Positions 53,446 through 64,000 of a stretch of DNA of 64,000 bases are shown here, piece by piece. The stretch lies in contig NC_043008.1 in NCBI RefSeq assembly GCF_006345805.1, forward strand, positions 35,092,001-35,156,000, given 5' to 3'. Below the pieces are notes generated by a model. That model ran no database searches. It had not been told where the DNA came from and saw only the letters and a list, made by a program, of their open reading frames with translations. A program made the translations under genes and the position numbers. The first letter of the stretch is position 1. Each line of letters starts with the position of its first letter. The DNA comes from Octopus sinensis. Its lineage: Eukaryota.

Positions 53446-54269
53446 ACACCTTTTCTTTCTTTTTAACATCTTCCAATTTTGTAAACAACAACAACAACAA
53501 CACCATGTAATCATCATTCAATTTATTGAAAAGGATTTTACCATTCCTTAGATATAAATGACAAATGTTGTTCCTTTGGTTTGTTTTCTGCAACAGTATC
53601 CCATTCTGAGTCAGGATGTCAAGTTGTAGCTTCTAGAAAATAAATTTCGACATATAACCGCGTATTAATAACTTTTCCATATATTCTTACTTTGAGCTTC
53701 GTAAAGAAAAACATATATGGTATTCTTAGGAAATTATACCAAGGATCCTCTTGGAATTATTGTATTCAGTCGAACCACCATTTAGAACACAAACTGACAT
53801 TAATTTCTACGAAATGAATGACAATAACGCATTAATAATTGATATAATGTAATACCAAATGATTATAATGTGCAGAAACGAACAGAAAAGCTAACGAATA
53901 ACACTAACTTAGGTATTTATTGAATTGAAAGCGTTATAGTATGTAAGAACTGTATCCATTATCCCATTTATAAGCTGTTACAATGGGAATAGATGCACAA
54001 TCACTTGTTGGAAGATATCGATAAGTTACTGTTAAGTGTAGATAGAAGGAAGCGTCTTAAAATAGCATTAATAGGATATTTGAATGTGTTAGAAGATATT
54101 CTTAAAGCATTTTTTGAAACATCCAATAGTCGAGTGTATGACCTCCCAGATCTCCTTAACTAATTCTCTGTAATATAAAACTAAAGAGACAATTGGCATC
54201 ACACAAATCATTAAGAATTATCGTTATGGTAACAACAACCACAGCAACAACGACAACAATGCCAGTAAT

Positions 54270-54644
54270 AATAATCTTTTCCTACTATAGGCAGAAAGCC
54301 TAACATTTTGGAGGAGAGGGCTTATGGATTACATCAATCTCCAGTGTCCAACTGGTACTTATTTTATGAAGATTGAAAGGATAAAAGGCAAAGTCGACCT
54401 TGGAGGAATTTAAACCGAGAACGTGAAGACGGATGAACTTCCGTTAAGCATTTTGTCCGGCTACAACAACAACAACAATAATAATACCTTTCTACTAAAA
54501 GCACAAGGCCTGAAGTTTTGGAGGAGGGGATCAGTCGATATCGACCCCTAGTGATTCACTAGTATTTCGTAGATAGACGAAATGCAAGTAAACATTTTGT
54601 CTAGCATGCAAACGATTCTGCCAGCCCGCAGAATAACAATAATG

Positions 54645-54697
<53 letters not shown>

Positions 54698-54912
54698 CCT
54701 TTCTACTATAGGCACAAGGCCTGAAATTTTGTGGGAAGGGGCAAGTCGATTATATCGACCTCAGTGCTCAACTGGTACTTATTTTATCGACCACGAATTG
54801 TTGAAAGGCAAAGTCGACCACAGAGAAATTTAAACTCAGAACATAAAGACGGACAAAATACCGCTAGGCATTTTTCCCGGCGTGCTAACGATTCTGCTAG
54901 CTAGCCACCTTA
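54270..54912 (-). mobile_element. Three tandem SINE family B copies separated by (TAA)/(CAA) tails
   Basis: Tail motif ctacta.a.gca recurs near 54282, 54492 and 54704. Confidence 0.85.
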
Positions 54913-54945
<33 letters not shown>

Positions 54946-54966
54946 GTGGTGATGATGATGATGATG

Positions 54967-55046
<80 letters not shown>

Positions 55047-55047
<1 letters not shown>

Positions 55048-55979
55048 TTTGGAGCATGCTAACAGTAAAGGTCGTGCCTATAATAATTGGTGCGTTGGGA
55101 ACAGTAAGCTGAGGAAGATTGAAACAGAATGCCCAGAAAGTTTGTCTTTCAGCAAGGATTATCAGGAGGGTTCTAAGAACAAGAAAGACTGCTGAAACTT
55201 GTAGATACCTAAGGTTACAGGTAGTAACCTGCTATTCACATAATTCTTACCAGGAATAAGACCGAACCTGAGCCAAACTAAAATAATGATAAAAATAAAT
55301 CGTTAACGAATACCTGAAATCGACACAACGCGAATACAAATGACAACATGACAGTGTGACAAGAATGATTCTTTGGAAGTTCTGTGGAAATCACGGTTTA
55401 CAAAGAGCAAAGACATTGTATGAGAAAATCACAGAAGGAGACACTGAGGATGAAGACTGCAAAATCCTGTGGGATGCAATGATTCAGTGCGTGCACTCGA
55501 CCAGGCATCGGAAACTGGACATTGTTGTGGTGAATAAAAAAAGAAAGAACGTGCATGATAATCGACATAGCATGCCCCAGTAATAACCGGATAAAAGAGA
55601 AAGAAAAAAATAAACAACTACGACGATTTGAAGCGGGAAATACGAAGGTTGTGGTCAAAGAGGAGAGTAGACGTGATACCAATAGTAATTGGCGCATTTG
55701 GAAGTATCAGCACTCAACTACCAACATGGCTGAAAAAGATCGGTGCAAGTGTGAAGGCAGAACGCCTACAAAAAACAGCATTGCTTGGAACAGCAAGAAT
55801 TCTTCGCAGGGTTCTTGAAGCATGACTACGAAACAAGTGTCATCTTAGTCTGTTGGCTGTGGGCAATGGCACATTCCATCATATCCAGCAAAATAATCTG
55901 TGAGTTTTCATCAAATAATAATAATTGTAATAATAATATAATTCCTGGCAGCAATAAGACCGACCTGAGCCAAACCGAA

Positions 55980-55980
<1 letters not shown>
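55047..55980 (+). mobile_element. Two to three R4/Dong-type LINE 3' fragments in (TAA)n
   Basis: IWSMLTVKVVPIIIGALGTV; KILWDAMIQC...HRKLDIVVV, IIDIACP, VIPIVIGAFG...LLGTARILRRVL; duplicated aataagaccga.cctgagccaaac tail. Confidence 0.85.
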
Positions 55981-56037
<57 letters not shown>

Positions 56038-56584
56038 CAACAACAATAATAATAATAACAACAACAACAACAACGATGGTTATTGATTTAGCCACAAGGC
56101 CAGATGATTTTTGATGGTAGTGGATTAGTCGATTTCATCGACCCCAGTATGTGAGTACCACCCTACATTATTGACCCCGGAGGAGTGAAAAGCAAACGGT
56201 AAAATTTTAACTCAGAATCTAAACAGTCGGAAAAATACCGTAAATCATGTTCACTGATGCTCTAATGATTTTACCACCTCCTTTTATATGGGCATCAGAC
56301 AAGTGGGGCATTACAAGGACACTAATAATAGTGTACCACAATAATTTTTAGTCTAAGCACAACAAATGTGGGAGACGATTGTAGCTTATTTGACTGCCAT
56401 CAGATTATATTTGCTACTTATTTTAAAATCAAATCCGAGAAGATGGAAAGCGAAATCAACTCTAGTGAGGTTCGACCTCGTAATAGGCGGGAACGCACAT
56501 AAATACCACAAAATAATTTGATGGAATTTGTAACGATGCTGCCAATCTATTGTCTTAGCTGCCAATTAAAATAAGGATTGTTAA

Positions 56585-57050
56585 GTATTTAATAGAATAA
56601 CGTAAAGGTCAGCTATAGTAGTAAATCAGAAGTTGTAATATTGTTACTGAACAAAACCAAAGGGTAATCCGTAAAACAACTTCAAAATCCAAATGTAATA
56701 ATCTTTGCGACTATTTACTTAATGGCAAAGGTTTAAGAGCAGAATATTGTTTATCGTGTTATGGTTACATCAAATAATGTTAAACAAGGAACCAACAGAA
56801 GAATAACTTAAAAGCTATTATTATATACCGAGAACTAGATTCTTCGATCACATTAAAGAAGTAATTACAGCTTAAATACAAACGTATTTGGTCAATAAAA
56901 GAAAACTTGCGAATATAACATAAGCTGTAATAAAATGGACTCTGATAGATGCCGCCAAAGCTTACACTGAGAATGGCAGAAAATTGTAATCTTTGCTTGG
57001 CTGAGAAGTACATCTTAGCGGGAAATTATAAGCTACTCAATAAAAACTAT
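56585..57050 (+). mobile_element. PLE GIY-YIG endonuclease remnant
   Basis: FNR..VKVSYS, LNGK...NIVYR, IKWTLIDAAKAY..., CNLCLAEKYIL...KLLNK across frameshifts. Confidence 0.8.
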
Positions 57051-57162
57051 AGCATGTAACATAATAGTTTAGATGCGTATACAGGGAACAATACGCATAC
57101 ATATGCGCATATGTTTATGTGTGTATGTGCGTGCGTGCTGCGTGGTGTGTGTATGCGCGTAT

Positions 57163-57211
<49 letters not shown>

Positions 57212-58868
57212 CACATATATGAAGATAAATAAAATTATATTTATTTAAATACTTAGCTTGGTAAGAATGTCATACACACGTCTACACGAACACGCACATA
57301 CGCTCGCATAAACATACATAGAACTAGTTACGAACGGAGAAAAATGTATTAAATACATGGTGTTGAGTATGTATATACACATACACACACACACACACAC
57401 ACATAATATATATAAGGTATGTATGTATGTACGTATGTATGTATATGCATGCATGTGTGCACAGAGAGAGATGATGAGAGAGAATGAAAGAAAGAGAGAA
57501 TAGAGGTGACTGTATAAACATCTATTTCTATTTCATGAAGCGACAAGAGCAGGAACTAAGTAGATACAGAAGGAAAGAACAAAAAAGACAAAAACAAATG
57601 CTAAAGAAAAAATGAAACAAACAAAATGTAATAAATTTTGCCAAGTTGAGAGTAAAACAGCCAACAGAATTACTTCATTGGAAACAGAGACAATTCATTA
57701 TAAATATTCTTCTCGTGGCATGGAATCGGTTTTGATTATTTACCAAATCACATCTGTTGTGCTGCTGCTGCTGCTGTTGTTACTACTGTTGCAATTCAGA
57801 AATTATTCTAAAGTTAGCAAGCCAAAGCTTGTGTCAGAGCTAGGATTTGTGATAAAATTGATTTTGATCCGGTTAATCACTCGGCATTAAGTCGTAAAGT
57901 GTATCCTAAAAGTAGAAGCAGATGCCAGGTTAATCCTGACAAAGCTAAATTTGTTCAACTCAATCACAAACTACATACGAACAGAAAAATAGCTTCAAGA
58001 AGTAGTGGAAATAATAAAGTTAATCTTTAATAATAGATCATAGTTTCGTATCTGTTTTGTTTTTATGTTCCTTTTAATGTAAGTCAAGAAGTAACGAGCG
58101 CCCGAAAGCTATACAGTTATGCAAATTTATCGAGCTAGTTTCGATTTATGGTTAAATGTATTTCTTAACACCTCCATCACAAATGGATTCAAATTTTAGC
58201 TCCAGGCCAGTAGATTAAACGGACAGACTTAGTCGACTGCTTCGACCCCAGTACTAGGTTGCTACCTTAGTAAATCGAACCATAAAAGATAACAAGCAAA
58301 GTTAACCTCGGCGTAACGACACTAGTGTACTTCTGAATGTAATGAATGCTACATCGCAAATCACCTGTTTGTGTACCGTTTGGAAACACAAAAACATCAA
58401 AATCAACATCGGAACTAAAGATAAGAATGAGTGATATGAACAACATTCAGTTACGTTGGTGCATTGCACTTGATTTTAAAAATTCGGAATTCCATTAATT
58501 AAGCAGTGTACGTTAAAATAATTAGCTTGTTAACAGCAATATTGTTGTTGAATTATGTTAATACATTATACATTGTGCTCTTGTGTTTGGTCAGAGGGTC
58601 AATATTATAAACTATGAACTAAGAATATCGTAATTTACTTCATCACGTTCATTTACACTTATATTCTGTACCTAGCTTCAGTAATTGGATTGTAACCTGT
58701 TGGTACCTCTTCCCAGGGGCTTTTCGTCGATAATGAATTTTCACTGGCTCTTACTTTATTGGCCGTAAAAGACAAAAAAACGGTCCGATTCATATGCTTA
58801 TACATATACATGCATTCGTACATGCATACAAATGCATATATTTATACACACATAATATATATTTATGT

Positions 58869-58902
<34 letters not shown>

Positions 58903-59356
58903 GTATATATAACCTATATATAACCATACATACATATATGTATATATATATATATAAAATAACACCGGTTCCTCACTAAATCTCTTCACAAGTTCATCCA
59001 GAACACCCCCTACAAACCTATGCAGCTGCAGATGCCCAACATCCTGTCTTTCAGATCATAAATTTTCACTCTTATCTACCATCACTACCACTATATATTA
59101 AAGAAACAATATATCTTCCCTTTAATTCCTTATTGTCATTTACATACTTCTCTGTGTATTTTCCTTACAATTAAAAAAATCTTTTTTCCTCTTCCTCCAC
59201 TCTCCTATCCCCTTCATAAACTTACTAGTACATACGCCAACATAAACCTCTACTACTTCGTACTATTAGCATGGTGACTGAACACAATATACATTCTTCA
59301 ATTGAAAACCAATAGTAGCCGCTATGATTCTTCCCCATTCTCTCTTGCTTTCTTCA

Positions 59357-59403
<47 letters not shown>

Positions 59404-59409
59404 TATACG

Positions 59410-59462
<53 letters not shown>

Positions 59463-59555
59463 ATTTATAATAATTGTTGGTCATATACGAGTGAGTATAT
59501 ATTTATAAAAAAGTTTGAAAACGCCACTATATAAGATAAATTTTAATTTTCTTAG

Positions 59556-59606
59556 AAATTTTACATGTTTCGGTTCTTCTTGAAAAAACGAACCTTATCA
59601 AAAATA
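59556..59606 (-). ncRNA. Minimal HHR motif, U3:A8 core variant
   Basis: Minus strand attt-TTGATAA-GGTTC..13 nt..GAACC-GAAAC at GTA|aaat: 5-bp stem II, palindromic ACATGT stem III, 4-bp stem I. Confidence 0.7.
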
Positions 59607-59779
59607 TTTTTTAAAGTTTAGTATAATAAAAAAGTTCATAATTGTTTCTTACAGGTCTCAACAGAATCCACGTTGTGGTGAGTAAGCATAATATCTGTCT
59701 TATGTGTTCGAATAAAAAAACCAAATGACCAGTGCCCGAAATGGCAGTAGCAGCAGTGACCATATATATATATATATAT

Positions 59780-60185
59780 ACTCCTTTTTTTACTCTTTTA
59801 CTTGTTTCAGTCATGTGACTGTTGCCATGCTGGAACACTGCCTTTAGTCGAGCAAATCGACCCCAGAACTTATTCTTTGTAAGCCTAGTACTTATTCTAT
59901 CGGTCTCTTTTGCCGAACCGCTAAGTTACGGAGACATAATCACACCAGCATCGGTTATCAAGCGATGTTGGGGGGAAAAACACAGACACACAAACATATA
60001 CACACATACATATATATATACATATACACGACAGGCTTCTTTCAGTTTCCGTCTACCAAGTCCACTCACAATGCTTTGGTCGATCCGAGGCTATAGTAGA
60101 AGACATGTGCCTAAGATGTCACGCAGTGGTACTGAACCGGAACAATTTGATTCATAAGCAAGCTACTTACCATACAACCACTCAT
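59780..60185 (-). mobile_element. SINE family A, full copy
   Basis: Reverse complement colinear with 9005-9388. Confidence 0.88.
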
Positions 60186-60202
60186 ATATATTATATATAT
60201 AT

Positions 60203-60249
<47 letters not shown>

Positions 60250-60410
60250 GTAATTTGCGGTCACAGTCAATTGAATTTGTCATGCTACCAGAACCAAAGG
60301 ATATTATCACATGTTCTTGCAGGAAAAAGGAAGTAAACTAAGAATGTTAATTTTAATTTAATTTAATTTTTTAATAGTTCTCTTCTCCTTACACATTCCA
60401 TTTTAGTAAA

Positions 60411-60452
60411 TATTTTTGATAAGGTTTTTCAAAAACCGAAACATCTAACAGG
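60411..60452 (+). ncRNA. Degenerate U3:A8 HHR motif related to 59556-59606
   Basis: tattt-TTGATAA-GGTTTT tca AAAACC-GAAAC at CTA; G16.2 is mutated and stem I is poor. Confidence 0.45.
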
Positions 60453-60479
60453 AAGTTAAAATGTACCTAGTTTTAAGAA

Positions 60480-60548
60480 AGTAACATTTTCGTTCTTGTT
60501 TTTCATAAATATATAAATATATATAATAAATATATATATAATATAAAT

Positions 60549-60592
<44 letters not shown>

Positions 60593-60621
60593 GCATGTTT
60601 ATTCACATATACATATAGACA

Positions 60622-60654
<33 letters not shown>

Positions 60655-60813
60655 GTGTATATATATATATGATATATTTTATATTATCCATATACATATG
60701 CACATATACAGGGATACGTACATACATACATATGCACGCGAGGACACCCACTCACATACGCAAACACACACACACACACGCACGTACACACAAGCACGTA
60801 CACACACACACAC

Positions 60814-60853
<40 letters not shown>

Positions 60854-60875
60854 GCACACACACACACACACGCAT
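60480..60875. repeat. (TA)n/(CA)n compound microsatellite
   Basis: Seen directly. Confidence 0.95.
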
Positions 60876-62154
60876 AAGGTTATTTTCAAGAATCCACCGA
60901 CCATAAATCTCTTCCAAATGATGGAAGTCAGAAAATATTTAACAACAAAAACATTCACCTGTTCTTTCTTTTCTTTATTCGTATTTCTTCCTCACTTCTT
61001 TCATTTGTTTTGTTTTTGTTCATTCGTTGATGTCTATTATGATTTACCTGTATTATGCGGATTAAATAGATTAAATGAACAAATAACAGAGACAGACATC
61101 GACGTATGGTTAAGACGCTCGCTTTACAACCGCATTGTTTTCGAGATCAGTTCTACTGGGCTGCACTGCTCCTTAAGCAAGTGTCTTCTCTATGTAAATG
61201 GACCCGAGGTACCTGGTGGTGATACAAAACCGGGCGACGGATTAAGTCCGTTAGCCAAGTAAACTACAGTACAATCTGAACACAGAACGCAAAGAGCTGA
61301 GTCAAGTACTGGAAGGGATCCACCCTGAAGTTCTGACACTTCCGCTAATTCCACTATCTTGAATTAGTACTCTTTTATCGACTCCAAAGGGATGAAAATC
61401 ATAACTGACATTGGAAGAAGTTGAGCTCTGAACGTATTGAGCCGGAAACAAATACCACGATACATTCTAATAGTTTGACGTCTTTCATATATTAAACGAA
61501 ATTTTATTAAAAACATCACTAGGATCCTCAAGCTGTTCAGAAGCCTAGGGCTTATAAAATCTCAATCCAGTTATATATATTTTAAAAAAAATACTGGATG
61601 GTCAGTATATATTTCGATCATAGTTCTGTTCATTTAAAACTCAGTTGGAGCAAAACCCCAACAAGATGGATTTTCATTGTACAATTGTTTCGTAAACACT
61701 CCGTGAGAGCTTAATGATTCTTTTCGTATTTTGTCTTGGAAAATAAAAATATGCGTGTCCTTGAGATATTTTTAATATCTTTTACTTGCTTCAGTCACTG
61801 GATTGCAGCCATACTGGGGCACTATCCCGAAGGATTGTTGTCTAATAAATCGACCGCCGTACTTATTTCTTTTTAAAGTCTGGTACTTATTCTATAAGTT
61901 CCTTGTGATGAGCCGCTAAGTTATGAGGATGTAAGCAAACCATTTTCGGACAACAAGTAGTGGGTGGACAAACATACTGACATAACACACACACATACTG
62001 ACATCTGTATTTCGTTTTGAATTATTGACGCAATGATCCTCAAAAACAATATGTATATATATATAGGAGAGGAAAATTATAATAAGGCAGAATGCTAAAT
62101 TGAAGTAAATTTTAATAAAAATGGGTGTATGAAAAATTAAAAAAGAAAAAATAA

Positions 62155-62198
62155 TAAATCAAAACGGCTTTCATTGCAAGGCAAATTTTCAAGATTTG
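62155..62198 (-). ncRNA. Candidate U3:A8 HHR motif in a TA-bounded cassette (62065-62456)
   Basis: Minus strand aaatc-TTGAAAA-t ttgc ctt gcaa t-GAAA-gccgtttt|gattt: 5-bp stem I and 4-bp stem II; stem III register uncertain. Confidence 0.4.
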
Positions 62199-62472
62199 GA
62201 AGGGGAATTTATTTTTTAAATTGAGGAAGGGGAAAAGGAAATTTAAAAAGTTTTTCAAAAAAAATAATAATACATATATACTAAAATTTAATAAATAAGT
62301 ATACCAATACATTGTAGAGTCTTTATGCTTTTAGAGTTCAATAATAGTCCTTGGAAAAACTTATTTGGAGGATTAGGATGAATGTGTTTAAATGTAGTGT
62401 ATATTTTGAAAGAGTGGGGTGATTGTGTGTCAACACAACCCTGCCATTTACTGACTTATATATATATATATA

Positions 62473-62680
62473 TAAAGTTAATCCAAACAAGAAAGCACAA
62501 AAAATCACAACAACGCGAGGATGTGGAACAAATATAGTATTATTGGATGCTCAGGAAAGAAGAAGGGTCTAACGTTTCGAGCGGAGCTCTTCGTCGGAAA
62601 CATAGGAGAAGGAAAGATCCAGAGAAGGGAAGACAGAGGAAAAAAAATCGCCAACGGTACACACGCGGTCACATTTTGAA
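62473..62680 (-). mobile_element. HHR-bearing pLTR-like cassette (family of 2997-3203) with mutated core
   Basis: Near-identical to 2997-3203; core reads CCGACGA and the triplet reads AUC; flanked by (TA)n and (TACA)n. Confidence 0.75.
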
Positions 62681-62727
62681 TACATACATACATACATACA
62701 TACATACATACATACATACAAACATAC

Positions 62728-62831
<104 letters not shown>

Positions 62832-63549
62832 ATATACACATACGACGGGCTTTCAGTTACAAAATCCAAGTAATTTTGTATTTGTCTTGAGAATGATGGC
62901 AAATTTACGTTCGGGCAGAACACTTCGTTCTATGTGTATGAGTGTATAAGTACACACACACGCGCGCGCGTACACACACACACATGTAAGGAGAATAAGC
63001 GGGAGAAAGAGAGTGATATGGGATGAGAAATAACTGTATTAACGATGGTGGAGAGGATAAAATGTAGAAGCTTCAAACTGGCTTGGACTTAAATGGTATA
63101 AATATCGTATATGGTATTGGAGACGAAAACTATTGTAGTGAAAATAAAAAGGATAAATACAGAGAGACAAAGAGAGAAAGAGAGAGCGAGAGAGAGAGAA
63201 AGAGAGATAAAGAGAAAGAGGAAGAGAGAGAAAGAGAAAGAGAAAGAGGGAGAGTCGATGTTAGAGAGAGAGAGGTAGGAGGAATAGGAGATGGAGAATT
63301 AGAAAGGAAGGACAAATGACAGGTGACTGGATATTTGAAAGAGTTTGTCATGTTAATCCATTAGAAAATTATCTGCATTTGCAGATATACTACAACTAAG
63401 AGATAAGTAAAGATACATCGATTAACAACGTTAATCTCAATAGCAGTTCTTCAGTTATTGAAAACGTGACGTAGTTCCAACGATGAGATTAACCTATTAA
63501 GATTAGCCTTATTTAGAAGCATGTTCCACGAAGAATATTTGCTAAGTAC

Positions 63550-64000
63550 CATGGTGCTAAACGTATATATATATACGGGCAACAGCAACACCAGGACTAC
63601 GGCCGGGGATGACTATTGCAAAAACTACAATGATATCGCAGGACCCACGATCTGTAATAACAACACCGATGACAGCTCCAATAATGGCAGCAGCAACAAC
63701 AACTCCAAGCCTGGAGCCAACAGAACACTACCATCGGAGATACATCGGTTCGGTCAACACTGCCTTTTAGCGACGCCTGTACAACCACAGGTCCTCTTTT
63801 AGGGTTCTGGAAATACGTTATGTCACGTCTCTGGCCATCCACATGTAACGCCTTAAAGATGAAAGAACTCCGTTCAAAATTAAATGGCGGATCATAGAAC
63901 ATCCGGAGTCCTATATAAACGGGAACCGACGATGCAAGCTTTGCATAACAGAGCGGGAAAGGACCCTTAAAAACTCGCTGGACGCCGGGGATTTCACTTA
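63550..64000 (+). mobile_element. PLE GIY-YIG endonuclease remnant (runs off the window)
   Basis: From 63738: RYIGSVNTAF*RRLYNHRSSF...TSLAIHM*RLKD...FKIKWRII...YINGNRRCKLCITE, with two in-frame stops. Confidence 0.85.

Overview
Repeat-saturated, AT-rich eukaryotic DNA that is intergenic or intronic. The SINE families and microsatellite load resemble Octopus/cephalopod genomes (inference from recall, not a database result). I found no supportable host protein-coding exon: nearly all listed ORFs are translated microsatellites or transposon debris. Contents: two abundant tRNA-derived SINE families (one with a Meta-type central domain), several R4/Dong-clade LINE remnants nested in (TAA)n arrays, two L1/Tx1-like LINE remnants, an internally deleted mariner with TIRs, two Helitron-like 5' ends, several Penelope-like element (PLE) GIY-YIG remnants and a 100-N gap. 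The most notable signal is about a dozen hammerhead-ribozyme (HHR)-like motifs, roughly one per 5 kb, in short cassettes beside (TA)n tracts, often arranged as foldback inverted repeats. Several carry the compensatory U3:A8 core (UUGANAA) and/or a palindromic minimal stem III. In one PLE the 5' inverted copy begins within 2 nt of the predicted self-cleavage site. All HHR folds were done by eye and boundaries are approximate.
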